A stretch of DNA of 61,156 nt, taken from the IMG/VR virus record IMGVR_UViG_3300045125_000015, positions 1 to 61,156 of that record. One strand, 5' to 3'. The translations under genes were made by a program, and so were the position numbers. The notes beneath the pieces are model-generated. The model saw only the letters and a list, made by a program, of their open reading frames with translations. It had not been told where the DNA came from and ran no database searches. Of the stretch, positions 1 through 11,522 are shown piece after piece; position 1 is the first letter of the stretch, and every line of letters starts with the position of its first letter. The DNA comes from a virus (Duplodnaviria > Caudoviricetes).

Positions 1-1458
1 GAGTCGTACCAGAAGAGGAACCACTTTGTTCACTACCCATACATTCCCGGCTTTGGCTTCTATGCCTTCGGCCTTATTCACCTTATCGGTGCTTTTGCTA
101 AGTCTGGTACTTCTATTATTCGTCAGCTTGTTGATGCTGGCACTCTATCGAACCTGCCAGGCGGTCTTAAGACTAAGGGGATGCGAGTCAAAGGGATGAC
201 ACTCCAATTGCTCCCGGCGAGTTCAGAGATGTGGACGTTGCCGCCGGAACGATCAGAGACAATATTCTCCCGCTTCCGTACAAAGAGCCGAGCCAAGTCC
301 TCCTTGGATTGATGAATCAGATCGTTGAGGAAGGCCGTCGTTTTGCAGCGGCGGCTGACCTCAAGATCGCAGACATGTCGGCCAACTCCCCAGTGGGAAC
401 CACGCTGGCTATTCTGGAGCGCACGCTCAAAGTCATGTCGGCAGTGCAGGCGCGTATCCACTACGCGATGAAGCAAGAGCTGAAACTGCTGAAAGACATC
501 ATTCGTGACTACACACCTGATGAGTATGACTATCAGCCGGTAGAGGGCACGCCCTCGTGCCGAAGAAGTCTGACTACGATCGAGGTAGATGTCATCCCAG
601 TAAGCGATCCCAACTCGGCCACGATGGCACAGAAGGTTGTGCAGTATCAGGCTGTGATGCAGATGGCAGCAGGCAACCCGCAGATCTATGACATGGTTGA
701 ACTGAACCGCCAGATGCTGGAAGTGTTGGGTATCAAGAACATCGGCAAGCTCGTTCCCAGTGCGGAAGATCAGAAGCCGAAAGACCCCGTGATCAGAGAA
801 CATGAACATCCTGAACGGCAAACCCGTGAAGGCGTTCATCTATCAGGATCACGAGGCACACATCACGGTGCATATGAGCGCCATGCAAGATCCGAAGATT
901 GCGCAGCTCATCGGCCAAAACCCGAAGGCGCAGATGATTCAGGCTGCAATGATGGCTCACATCAACGAGCACATCGCCTTCCAGTACCGCATGGAAATAG
1001 AGAAGCAGCTCGGCGTACCGCTCCCGGAGATGGACAAAGAACTTGCCGGAAGAGATGGAGGTCGAGGTATCTCGCATGATGGCCATGGCTGCGCAGAAGT
1101 TGTTGCAGAAGGATCAGGCAGAGGCTGCACAGAAGCAGGCACAGCAAGCGGCTCAAGACCCGCTCGTCCAGATGCAGCAGCAAGAACTGCAGCTCAAAGC
1201 GCAGGAAGTGGAGATCAAGAAGCAAAAGCTCGCGATGGACGCTGCGGCAAAAGCAGACCAGATCGAGATCGAGAAAGCCCGTATCGAAGCACAAGAGCGT
1301 ATTGCTGGCGTACAGGCCGGTGTCAAAGCAGCGGCAGAGAAAGAGCGTTTGGATGCAGAGATGCGAGGTCAAAGGTGTGGAGATTGGCAGCAGGATCGCC
1401 AAAGACCGGATGGAGATGCTCCAGACCACAGCCAAAGCCAACCAAACCAAAAGGCTAA
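1..1458 (+). CDS. Portal protein (5' truncated, frameshifted by indels)
   Basis: Frame from base 1 (ESYQKRNHFVHYPYIPGFGFYAFGLIHLIG...QLVDAGTLSNLPGG) continues into ORFs 231-1079, 802-1458 and 1043-1519. Gln/Ala-rich coiled C-terminus as in P22-like portals. First gene of the head module. Confidence 0.8.
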
Positions 1459-1461
1459 TTT

Positions 1462-1654
1462 ATGGACAAGACGCTTGAAGTACTCCTCAAACAGGTACGA
1501 GACAAGCGGATACAAATAGTAGAGGCTGTGTCCAACAACGCGGCCAAAGACTATTCTGAGTATCAAAAACTTTGTGGCGAGATTCGAGGCTCTATCACTG
1601 GCGGAGGGCTTTATCCTTGACCTCGCAAAACACATGGAGTTTTCTGATGAGTGA
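1462..1654 (+). CDS. Small conserved phage protein after portal
   Basis: MDKTLEVLLKQVRDKRIQIVEAVSNNAAKDYSEYQKLCGEIRG..., read by hand; indel near the 3' end. Confidence 0.55.
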
Positions 1655-2049
1655 AATTGCCATCGCCAGACAAGACGGTGAGAGTTTCAACGCTGCCAGA
1701 AACAGCGGAGGAGAAAGCAAAGCAACTGCCGGAGCCGACTGGGTATCACATCCTGGTTGCGCTGCCGGAAATAGAAGACAAGTTTGACAGCGGGCTGGTC
1801 AAGGCGGACTCAACCATCCACTTTGAGCAAGTGCTGGCAACCGTGTTCTTTGTCATCAAGATGGGACCAGACTGCTACAAAGATGAAAAGCGGTTTCCAA
1901 CGGCCCATGGTGCAAGGAAGGGGATTTCATTCTCGCCCGTCCTAACACCGGCACCCGCCTGAAGATCCATGGTCGAGAGTTCAGGCTCATCAACGACGAT
2001 GTGGTTGAGGCTGTGGTCCAAGACCCTCGCGGCATTAGCCGGGCTTAAC
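1647..2049 (+). CDS. groES: GroES/Cpn10-like co-chaperonin
   Basis: PTGYHILVALPEIEDKFDSGLVK...VIKMGPDCY...W(C)KEGDFIL...GTRLKIHGREFRLINDDVVEAVV follows the Cpn10 pattern. Two indels. Confidence 0.75.
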
Positions 2050-2062
2050 AAAGGAGAAACAA

Positions 2063-3013
2063 ATGGCACAGATGGAAATGGAAGAGTTTGAGTTCCCGGA
2101 CGAGAAGGAGGCAAAAGCCAAGCCTGCTGAGTCCGAGGAGTTTGAGTTTGAGATAGAGGACGACACGCCGCCGGAGGATCGTGGCCGTGAGCCGATGCCC
2201 AAGGAGATGGTCGAGGAGCTGGAAAACGACGAGCTTGAGGACTACTCGGAGAACGTCAAAACCCGCCTGAAGCAGATGAAGAAGGTGTGGCACGACGAGC
2301 GCCGGGAGAAGGAGCAGGCGCTACGTGAGCAGCAGGAGGCTCTGGACTATGCCCAGCGACTGATCGCAGGAAAACCAGGCGCTGAAAGGCCGGCTGACTC
2401 AGGGTGAGCAGGTCTATGTAGAGACCGCCAAGACCGCGGCCGAGCTAGAACTTGATGCGGCCAAGAAGGAGTACAAGGACGCCTATGATCATAGGCGACT
2501 CTGACTCATTGCTGGCGGCACAGGAGAAACTGAACGATGCGCAGTTCAAGCTGCAGCAGGTTCAGGATTTTGTTCCGTCTAGACAACGAGGCAGAAGTTG
2601 AGGTACAACCCCAGCAAACTCCAGTGTCTCGTCCTGACCAGAGGGCAGTTGCGTGGCAAGAGCGCAACGAATGGTTCGGTAAGGACGAGGAAATGACCAG
2701 CTTCGCTCTGGGTTTACATCAGAAGCTGGTCGCTCAGTACGGGACTTCATACCCCTCGACTGATGAATACTGGAAGAAGGTCGATGACACCATGCGTCGT
2801 CGATTCCCAGAGTATTTTGAAGAACGGGAGACGGCCCCCGCGCAGGACACAAAAACCCAGCGCGAGAAAGCACCCCCTGTCGTAGCTCCAGCAACACGTA
2901 GCACTGGTTCCAAAAAAATCAAGGTTACGCAGTCGGCAGTGAACGCGGCCAAAAAATTGGGCGTTCCACTGGAGATGTACGTACAGGAAATGATGAAATT
3001 GGAGGGTAGATAA
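2063..3013 (+). CDS. Putative capsid scaffolding protein (frameshifted)
   Basis: Acidic N-terminus and coiled-coil middle (ORFs 2063-2407, 2537-3013). AGGAG RBS. Lies between portal and capsid. Confidence 0.55.
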
Positions 3014-3481
3014 ATGGCTGAAAACCGTACACCACGTAATATCGAAACTCGTACCCAAGCGGAGCGTCCCAAGCAGTGGATGCCTCCGGAGCTTCTGCCA
3101 GAACCAGATAAGCAACCGGGTTACAAGTATCGTTGGATGCGCGTCACTCTTCAGGGTGAAACCGACGCTCGCAACATATCAATGAAGTTTCGAGAAGGTT
3201 GGGAGCCAGTGAAGATTGAGGAGCAGCCTCAGTATCAACTGCTAGTCAATGGCGAAGGCAGATGGAAAGACTGCGTTCAAATTGGCGATGTGTTGTTGGT
3301 CAAGACACCTGAAGAGCTGGCCGAGCAGCGGAATGATTACTATCTGAAGCAATCGGAGCAGCAAATCAAGGCAGTGGACAACAACCTTATGCGGCAAAAT
3401 GACCCACGTATGCCGCTATCTTCAAAGAGTCGAGTTCATCGACTTCGCGAGGAAATGGCAGCTAACTTTTTGGAGTTATAA
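3014..3481 (+). CDS. Conserved head-module hypothetical protein
   Basis: 155 aa ORF coupled to neighbours; GYKYRWMR...EGWEPV motif. Confidence 0.55.
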   Translation: MAENRTPRNIETRTQAERPKQWMPPELLPEPDKQPGYKYRWMRVTLQGETDARNISMKFREGWEPVKIEEQPQYQLLVNGEGRWKDCVQIGDVLLVKTPEELAEQRNDYYLKQSEQQIKAVDNNLMRQNDPRMPLSSKSRVHRLREEMAANFLEL

Positions 3482-4147
3482 ATGGCTTATCCTACTGTAT
3501 CGAAGCCTTACGGGCTTCAGCCGATCAATCTGATCGGCGGTCAGGTGTACGCCGGTTCGACTCGTCTGTTCCGTATCGCTAGCTAGCTACGGCACCAGCA
3601 TCTTCTACGGCGATGTGGTCAAGATCAACTCTGATGGCACTATCGTCAAAGATACTGGTACGACGACCGCGACCCCGGTTGGCATCTTCATGGGTTGCAC
3701 CTACACGAACCCGTCCACTCAGCCAAAAGCTGAACTACCAGTACGTACACTGGCAAGCACCAACTGCCCAAGACATCCAGGCGTACGTGGTTGACGATCC
3801 CGATGTTCTGTTCAAGGTTGCAGCAGTTTCGTCCGGCACTACTGTGGCTTTCTACAGCTCGCAGCAGATCGGCCTGAACGCAGCTCTGGTGCAGAACAAC
3901 GGTAACGAGCACCACTGGTGATTCGCAAGTTGCAATCGATGGCACTTCGTTTGCCACCACTGCATCTCTGCCTATCCGCGTTGTTGACATTGTTCCTGAT
4001 ACTTCAAATAGCGCTAACGGCTATTGCGAGTTCATTTGCAAATTCAACGCACCCTACATGGTTTCCACGCTTCACTAGCCCAGCGCAACACCGTGGCGAC
4101 TCGTGGTGACTGGCGGCCATGCGTATCTGAACCCGACTGGTGTTTAA
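3482..4147 (+). CDS. Putative capsid decoration/minor head protein (frameshifted)
   Basis: MAYPTVSKPYGLQPINLIGGQVYAGSTR...AYVVDDPDVLFKV; immediately upstream of the major capsid gene. Confidence 0.55.
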
Positions 4148-4157
4148 GGAGTAAGAC

Positions 4158-5068
4158 ATGGCTATTTCACGCGCACAACTACTGAAAGAGCTGCTGCCTG
4201 GCCTGAACGCACTGTTCGGCATGGAGTACGCTCGCTACGGCGAAGAGCACAAGGAGATCTACGAAACCGAGACCTCCGAGCGTTCGTTCGAAGAAGAGAC
4301 CAAGCTGTCTGGCTTCTAGCGCAGCGCCGGTCAAGAACGAAGGTTCGGCAATTCGCTACGACAACGGCCAAGAAGCTTGGACCGCTCGCTACAACCACGA
4401 AACCATTGCTCTGGGTTTCTCGCTGACCGAAGAGGCCATCGAGGACAACCTGTATGACAGCCTGTCTGGCCGTTATACCAAGGCTCTGGCTCGTGCCATG
4501 GCGTACACCAAGCAAGTCAAGGCTGCTGCTGTTCTGAACAACGGCTTCTCGTCCAGCTACCCCGGTGGCGACGGCGTGGCTCTGTTCAGCACTGCGCACC
4601 CGCTGGTGTCTGGTGGCACCAACAGCAACACCCCGACGACCCAGGTTGACCTGTCTGAAACCGCGTTGGAAAACGCAGTCATTCAGATCGCAGGTTGGAC
4701 TGACGAACGTGGTCTGCTGATCGCCGCTAAGCCCCGCAAGCTGATCGTCCCGCCGGCACTGCAATTCGTTGCAACCCGCCTGCTGGAAACTCAGCTCCGT
4801 CCAGGCACCAATGACAACGACGTCAACGCCATCGTCAACAACGGTTCGATTCCGGAAGGCTATACGATCAACCACTTCCTGACCGACAACGAACGGCTGG
4901 TATCTCACCACCGATGTACCGAACGGCATGAAGCACTTTGTTCGTATCCCGCTCCAGAATTCAATGGACGGGGATTTCGACACAGGGAATGTGCGTTACA
5001 AAGCACGTGAGCGTTACAGCTTTGGCTGGTCGGATCCGCTCGGCATGTTTGCATGTCAAGGCGCATGA
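4158..5068 (+). CDS. Major capsid protein, Mu gpT-like (frameshifted)
   Basis: MAISRAQLLKELLPGLNALFGMEY...ARYNHETIALGFSLTEEAIEDNLY...DGVALFSTAHPL...KPRKLIVPPAL...RYKARERYSFGWSDP. AAGGAG RBS. Followed by a terminator. Confidence 0.88.
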
Positions 5069-5090
5069 CCTAGTATTTATGCGGTATCTC

Positions 5091-5119
5091 AAGGGGGCTT
5101 CGGCCCCCTTGTTTTATTT
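5091..5119 (+). terminator. Intrinsic terminator after major capsid gene
   Basis: AAGGGGGC-TTCG-GCCCCCTT perfect 8-bp stem followed by GTTTTATTT. Confidence 0.85.
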
Positions 5120-5165
5120 CCAGAGTCCATGTATCATTACTCGTGTCATATAACAGGAGAGTGAT

Positions 5166-5751
5166 ATGGACTACAGCAGCTACCCTACAGATCGCGCGAC
5201 TGCTAAAGCGTACGGGTGCTCAGTATTACTTCACCGGCAAGCCATGCATTCGCGGCCACATAACTCTGCGAAAAACCAAGGGTTCGTGCGTGGATTGCAT
5301 GAAGGAAGACTGGGAGATAGACAACAAGAAGCGCAGCGAGAAGCCCAAGTCGGAAGCATCCAGAGCCGCTGGTCAGCAGGTATTACGAGAAGAACAAAGA
5401 GACTGGTCAAGGCTAGGGCAAACGCTAGGCCAAAAGATGAGGTCAACAAGTACAAGCAAAAATACAAACAGACAAATCCAGATCTGTAGTACAAGCCATG
5501 ACTAGCGTTCGCAAGCGCCGGCATCGCAACGCCACGCCTAAGTGGGTAACTAAAGAAGAAAAGTTGGCTATCAGAAAACTGTACCTGAAGGCCATGGAGC
5601 TAACCAAGCTGACCGGCGTGAGATATGTGGTGGATCATGACTACCCGCTGCATGGCGAAACCATCTGCGGTTTGCATGTTTTGAAGAACTTGACAGATCA
5701 TGACTCAGGAGGAAAATTTGAAGAAAGTCAAACAAGCTGCTTGAGTCATAG
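5166..5751 (+). CDS. HNH homing-type endonuclease (frameshifted)
   Basis: N-terminal YFTGKPCIRGH...CVDC; C-terminal ATPKW...YVVDHDYPLHGETICGLHVLKNL...ENLKKSNK. Confidence 0.8.
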
Positions 5752-5759
5752 AATTCCCC

Positions 5760-5788
5760 TTGCATTCCCTCTCGGCTCATAGTATAAG
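5760..5788 (+). promoter_or_regulatory. Sigma70-like promoter
   Basis: TTGCAT (5760-5765), 17 bp, TATAAG (5783-5788). Confidence 0.6.
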
Positions 5789-5797
5789 GCTATGAAT

Positions 5798-5870
5798 CCG
5801 GGAGTTCCCGGTGCGCTCGAACGGTCCCGGCCGACTTTCATGCAGATCGACGCACCTAACCGCATGAAGG
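5798..5870 (+). ncRNA. Pseudoknotted structured RNA, likely Mu-gpT downstream element (Mu-gpT-DE)-type motif
   Basis: Three interleaved pairings: CCGGGA/TCCCGG, GGTGCG(C)TCGA/TCGACGCACC, TTCATGC/GCATGAA. Downstream of a Mu gpT-like gene. Motif name assigned from context, not a covariance search. Confidence 0.55.
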
Positions 5871-5879
5871 GAAAATCTA

Positions 5880-6357
5880 ATGGCAGTTTCTACTACCCAA
5901 AGTATTTGGCGTTCGGGTGGCGGTGATAACACCCGCCAAGCCTATTGCGGCACCGGCGTCATGGCAGCAGGTTTCTATGTTGCTAACGCAGCAGTGCTCT
6001 GGCAACGTTGTAGTTGCTTCTGGCTCAGACTGCTGAACTTATTCTTCCAGCAAACGCTGTTGTCACGCAGGTGATGATCACCGACGGCCTTGACTTCGGC
6101 ACGATGAACGTCGGCTATGTGACGGTTGACGGCGCTACTAACAACACCTCGTACCTATGCAAACGGCTGCATCGGCTGTCGGCTGACTGTCAGCCCTGGC
6201 TCGACTGGCAGCGGCGCGGGTCTCGGTACTGGTGATGAGCGCGACGAAGAACGTCACAGTCACTACCGAGAGCACAGAGTTCGGCTGCTGGCAACGTTGG
6301 CGGCTATCATCTACCTACTACGTCACTGATCCCCTGTTTGGTCAGCAGAACAACTAA
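5880..6357 (+). CDS. Putative virion structural protein (frameshifted)
   Basis: MAVSTTQSIWRSGGGDNTRQAYCG...LILPANAVVTQV; beta-rich composition; head module. Confidence 0.5.
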
Positions 6358-6369
6358 TAGGGGGCCGGC

Positions 6370-6661
6370 ATGGCTCATGCAAACAGACGTTCAGGCCAGA
6401 GCTAATGGCCCTGCTGACGCGCACTGATGCTTCTGAAGGCCGCACTCGCGTGAAGGGCATGATCATTGCGCTGACATCGAGTGCTGGCAACGTTACTATC
6501 ATGGACGGCGGATCGAACGTAGTTCTCTGTTCAGCACCGGTGGCCAACGGCGAGGCATGTCGACTGCTTAGCATTCCTGCGTGAGGGCGTGTTGTGCTCG
6601 TCAAACGTGACCGTGACTGTGCAGTGTTGGTGCAAACTCGGTGACGGTGTTCTATGGCTAA
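6370..6661 (+). CDS. Small putative structural protein (indel-rich)
   Basis: MQTDVQA...GRTRVKGMII...VTVFYG; reading frame broken. Confidence 0.4.
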
Positions 6662-6913
6662 GAAGACTCCATCCCTTGCGATCGGCCGTGGTGAGAAGCT
6701 GCCCGTTTCAAGGGTGCGGGTCTTGACCGCCAAGGGTCGGGCTAAGTACAACACGGCGACCGGGCAGCCGAATCTCAAGGCTCCGCAGCCGGAAGGTGGC
6801 GCGCGCAAGAGGTCATTCTGCGCCCGGATGTCTGGGATGCCAGAGCTCCTATGAAAGATGAGAAAGGCCGCCCAACGAGGAAAGCGGCGTCTTTGAAAAG
6901 GTGGAAGTGTTGA
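6654..6913 (+). CDS. Small basic conserved phage protein
   Basis: MAKKTPSLAIGRGEKLP...GLTAKGRAKYN...NLKAPQPEGGARKRSFCARMSGM...KAASLKRWKC. Confidence 0.55.
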
Positions 6914-6915
6914 TC

Positions 6916-7165
6916 GTGGATATCAATCTTGTCTGGAATGGCGCTTTGTCGCTGTTTGTGGGCTTGTTTGCGTATATCGCCCATGAAAAATTCTCAGAGC
7001 TGGCTCGTATCACGATCCTGTTGAACAGGACTCGTGAGGAGATTGCGCGGGATAACGTGACCAAAGCAGAGGTTGATCGTATTACTGACCATATCGATCA
7101 GCGGTTCAATCAGGCTTGAGTCCAAGCTTGACCAGCTGATCGAATCTAACAGGAAGATCATATGA
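6916..7165 (+). CDS. Small protein with N-terminal TM helix and coiled tail
   Basis: LVWNGALSLFVGLFAYIA followed by an amphipathic helix. Confidence 0.5.
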
Positions 7166-9299
7166 GAAGCGCAAAGTCAAACGGTTTGCAGAAGGCAAGG
7201 AAGTGGAAATTGAAGAGCGTTCGACTAAAAGTCCTCGCTTGATTGCTGAAGAAAAGGCAAAGGCACCGGAAGATTATGCTGGCCTTGGTGGCCGCATGAA
7301 ACCCACTCCTGCCGCTTCTCCTTTTGCCGGTCCTCGTGAGTACATTACAGAGTCCAAGAAACTGAGGTAGAGGAATCCGAGCCGAGCTATGTCAGAAGGC
7401 ATCGCTGCTGGCAAAGGTGCTCGCAACCTTACGCTTGAAGAGTCCAGAAACAACCAAGGCTCAGCCCTGTAGCCAAGAAGAAACCTGTGGTGAAGAAAGC
7501 TTCTATATGAGGACACTGGCGCAAAGATTAGCAGTCAGTCGACTTTGAGTCCAGACTGAGCCTGCTGGACGAGCGCCGCTAAGACTGCCGATGACTTCGT
7601 GCTAACAAGACCAGCTGCTGGCAAGTCACTGTCAGCAAGATTCCAAAGAATACTTGCCTGACTCCTGAGCGTCTTGAGTCTTCGCGCAAGTCTACTACAG
7701 TGACTTTGAAGTCGCAAGCCTGTACGTAGCGCAGAAGACATTCGTGCGGCTCGTAGCATGATAGCTTCAGGTGGCAAAGCTTCCAGCGCATCTAGCCGTG
7801 CTGATGGCATTGCCACACGCGGCAAAACTCGTGGGAGGATCTGCTAATGGCTGATAAAGACCCAACTCGACGGTATGCAACCTATGGATGATTATTTAAG
7901 GTGCCATGTAACAGAAAAACGCGATGAATCGCAAAAAAGCTTTAGATACTATGACGACTAGGAATAGGCAATTAGGCGCTGTAGGTGCTATACCGAATTG
8001 GTATTGCAGAAAACATGTCCTGATGCAACAAGATTAACAAAAGAATACAAGCAGCACGGAAAAGTCAGGCATGGAATCCTCTGAGGTTGAAAATGCAAGC
8101 AAAGACCGGCGCGTAAAGAGAAGCAGCTACGAAGCGCTATGAAAAGTCAAAGTATGGCATGAAAAAAGGCGGCAAGGTTTCTTCTGCTTCTTCTCGCGCA
8201 GATGGCTGCGCACAACGCGGCAAAACCAGAGGGAAGATGGTATGAGAAAGCGCAAAAAGTTTGCTGATGGCGGTGTGACTGGCCAAACCCAGCAGCCTAC
8301 CTATCCTTTCTACGGCAATCAGCCGCAAGCTGGTGGCCAGAACGGCGGCATGAATCAGACCTTCAACATGCAGCCACAGGCTATGGCAGGCCCGAACGAT
8401 CAGATGGGTCAGAACCAGCGGTTCAAGAAGGGCGGCCAAGTCAAGGTCAAGAAGGTGATGGAAGAGTTTAAGGCTGGCAAGCTGAAGTCCTCATCTGGCC
8501 AGAAGGTAACTAACCCCAAGCAGGCGATTGCCATCGGGCTGTCGGAGGCTGGGATGTCCAAGAAGAAAGGTGGCGGTATGGCTGAGTCCAAGAACAATGG
8601 TTGAAGAAAGAAGTGTCCTTCATGAAGAAGAAGGGCGCTCCCAAGTCGATGATCAAACACGAGGAGGCTGAGATGAAAGCAATGAAAAACGGTGGCTATG
8701 CCAAGAAGGCGGCATATGGCTGCATCAAAGATGGGTGCGGTTAAGACAGCTGCTCCGAGTCGTGATGGCGTTGCCACCAAAGGCAAAACCAAAGGCACGA
8801 TGATCAAGATGGCCGGCAACAAAGGCATGAAGCACGGCGGCAAGTGCTGATATGAGGCCATCACGCGGCATGGGTGATATCAGCTCCAAGCAAGATGCCA
8901 AAGGCTAAGACGAAGCCACGCCGGGACAATACCGACTTCACCGAGTACAAGAAGGGTGGGAAGGTAAAACCGGTGTGGGAGAAGCCGCGTCCTAAACAGC
9001 TGGGCAAACCGTCGGTTCTGTCTGCTGTGAAGAAGGCTGCGGCAAAGTCTAGGGCGAAAGGCTGCTGGCCGGCCTTATCCCAACGCTGGTGGATAATATA
9101 TGGGCAGCTAGGAGAAAGTGATGGCAGAGAAATGGATCCAGTCCGCAATCAAGGAAAAGGGGGCGCTACGTTCTGCGCTCGGTGCAAAAAAGGAAAGAAC
9201 ATCCCGGCAGGGAAACTAGCTGCTGCTGCAAAAAAGCCCGGAAAGATGGGCCAACGAGCGCGACTAGCGGAAACATTAGGTAAGCTTCGTAAAAAATGA
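7162..9299 (+). CDS. Run of about five coupled small Lys/Gly/Met-rich proteins (approx. 7162-7847, 7847-8245, 8242-8850, 8852-9121, 9121-9299)
   Basis: Overlapping stop/start codons; shared KKGG and RADG..RGKTRG motifs. 8242-8850 carries KVKKVMEEFKAGKLKSSSGQKVTNPKQAIAIGLSEA (DUF6496-like). Heavy indel noise at 7400-8100. Confidence 0.55.
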
Positions 9300-9929
9300 A
9301 CTACCAAAAACTATATGATCAACTCATTGAACGCGCTAAGTTGCGCGTTTTGGATGGGTATTGTGAAAAACATCATATAGTTCCAAAATCGTTGGGCGGT
9401 AGTAACAATAAAGAAAATATAGTTTCCTTAACTGCAAGGGAACATTTTTTGGCGCATTGGTTACTTTTCAAAATTTATCAATGCCCAGCAATGGCCAAAG
9501 CTTTTAGGTTGATGCTTGATCATCAAAAAAGCGGAAAAGCAAAGATTACGAACAGGCAAAACGTGTTTATGCTTTGTCTATGGTTGGAAGCGCAAATGTA
9601 TCAAAGCGCCCAGAAGTAATAGCCAAACTTAAGAAAAATTTTGTTTCTGCTTTTGCTGGGAAAAAACGGCCTGATCATTCTTTGTTTTTGAAAATTCTGG
9701 AATTTTTGCTGGTAAAAATAACCCAATGTATGGCAAAGGACATTTGCAAAAAGGTTCTGCCAATCACATGGCTCGCAAAGTTCAAGGAACACACGAAGTG
9801 CATGGAGTTATGTTTTGGGACACGGCAAAATCAGCTTCTGAGCATATCGGCGTCAGTGTTCAAGCTATAGTTCAAGCAATAAAGAAAAATCACCGATCCA
9901 AGTTGTGGAATTTGGAGTATGTGTCATGA
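9296..9929 (+). CDS. HNH homing endonuclease with NUMOD-like C-terminus (frameshifted)
   Basis: MNYQKLYDQLIERAK...YCEKHHIVPKSLGGSNNKENIVSLTAREHFLAHWLL; C-terminal NPMYGKG and HTH-like end. AT-rich relative to flanks. Confidence 0.85.
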
Positions 9930-10668
9930 CCGGGTACACCACTTCTACTACATCGTTTAATCCAACGCTTAACGAAATTATTGAAGAAGCGTTTGAAAGA
10001 TGCGGCCTTGAACTTAGGTCTGGATATGATTTTAGAACTGCGCGACGAAGCCTTAATCTGTTGATAACAGATTGGAGCAATCGCGGCATTAACCTGTGGA
10101 CGATTGAGCAGGGCACGATCCCGCTGGTGCAGGGCACGATTACCTATGATCTCCCCAGCGACACGGTTGACCTGCTGGAGCATGTGATTAGGACATATCC
10201 CAATTCTCAGGCTAACCAGACGGACATCAACATCAACCGTATCTCGGTCAGCACGTACGCCACGATCCCGAACAAGCTTACGCAAGGCCGGCCGATTCAG
10301 GTCTGGGTAAACCGCCGTAGCGGGCAGACATCGGACGCGGTGGGTGCGACTGAGCAGTATCCGCAGATCAACGTGTGGCCATCGCCTGACCAAGGCACGG
10401 CAGAGACTCCGTACTACTACTTCGTGTACTGGCGTCTGCGCCGGATGGTCGATGCTGGCAACGGCGTGAACGTGGAAGATATTCCATTCCGTTTCATCGA
10501 GCCGATGATTGCTGGTCTGTCATACCGGCTGGCCATGAAGCTGCCGGGCGGTCTGGAGCGGTTACAGTTTTGAAGCAGCAGTACGATGAGGCGTGGGAAA
10601 TGGCGGCAGGCGAGGACCGTGAGAAAGCTCCGGATCGTCTGGTGCCACGGATGATTACGTACAGGTGA
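9926..10668 (+). CDS. Putative head-tail adaptor / tail tubular A-like protein
   Basis: EIIEEAFERCG...TARRSLNLL...IPFRFIEPMIAGLSYRLAMK; indel near 10565. Confidence 0.55.
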
Positions 10669-10671
10669 TCC

Positions 10672-11094
10672 ATGCCAAGTAAGTACGCAAGTGGCAAAAA
10701 TTCCATCTCTGAGTGTGACCGCTGCGGTTTCCGGTACATGCTCAAGGTGCTGAAGACACTGACGATCAAGACCAAGAACGTCAAGATCAAGGTGTGCCCT
10801 ACTTGCTGGGAGCCGGATCAGCCGCAGTTGTCACTTGGTCTTTACCCGGTGAACGACGCGCAAGCTGTACGGGAGCCGAGGCCGGATAAGTCGTACTGGC
10901 AGTCTGGTTTCAGCGGCGTGCAGACGGCGTTCAACTCTGGGCCGGCGATATCGCAGGACGGATATCCCAGTGAGGGTAGCCGGATCGTGCAGTGGGGCTG
11001 GGCACCGGTGGGTGGGGCAAGAGCAAATGATTATGGGCTGACGCCGAACAACCTGGTGGCGCAGACTACGGTAGCAAATGTGACCATAAACTAG
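10672..11094 (+). CDS. Hypothetical protein with Zn ribbon (CDRC...CPTC)
   Basis: Intact 140 aa ORF with two CxxC pairs. Confidence 0.6.
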   Translation: MPSKYASGKNSISECDRCGFRYMLKVLKTLTIKTKNVKIKVCPTCWEPDQPQLSLGLYPVNDAQAVREPRPDKSYWQSGFSGVQTAFNSGPAISQDGYPSEGSRIVQWGWAPVGGARANDYGLTPNNLVAQTTVANVTIN

Positions 11095-11103
11095 GAGTGA
11101 CAG

Positions 11104-11522
11104 ATGGACAAGAAACAGGTCAAGAAGATCGCTGATCAAGAGGTCAAAGCCCATGAAAAGCGTATGCACAAAGGCATGAAAAAAGGTGGCGTAACCACGG
11201 CCGATCTGAAAAAATACGGTCGTAACGAGGCGCGTATCCACAACCAGAAGACTAAGTGAGGCTGAGATGGCTAAGAAAAACATCCTGCCGGCTTCGTCCT
11301 ACGCCAAACCGCACACCATGAGCGGCAAGACCGTAGAGGCCAAGCTGAAGAAGATGGCTGATCCTAACAAGATGCCAGTGGACAAGCTTGGTCCTAACAC
11401 TGCTGTGCAGCGCGTGTCTGCTGGTGATCCTGGGCGTGAGGACGTCAAGACAGACCGGCATCAAGATCCGTGGCACTGGCGCAGCTACCAAGGGCGTGAT
11501 GGCTAGGGGACCGATGGCATGA
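11104..11522 (+). CDS. Two small basic proteins (11104-11255 and 11267-11522)
   Basis: MDKKQVKKIADQEVKAHEKRMHKGMKKGGVTT...; MAKKNILP...IRGTGAATKGVMARGPMA. Confidence 0.5.
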
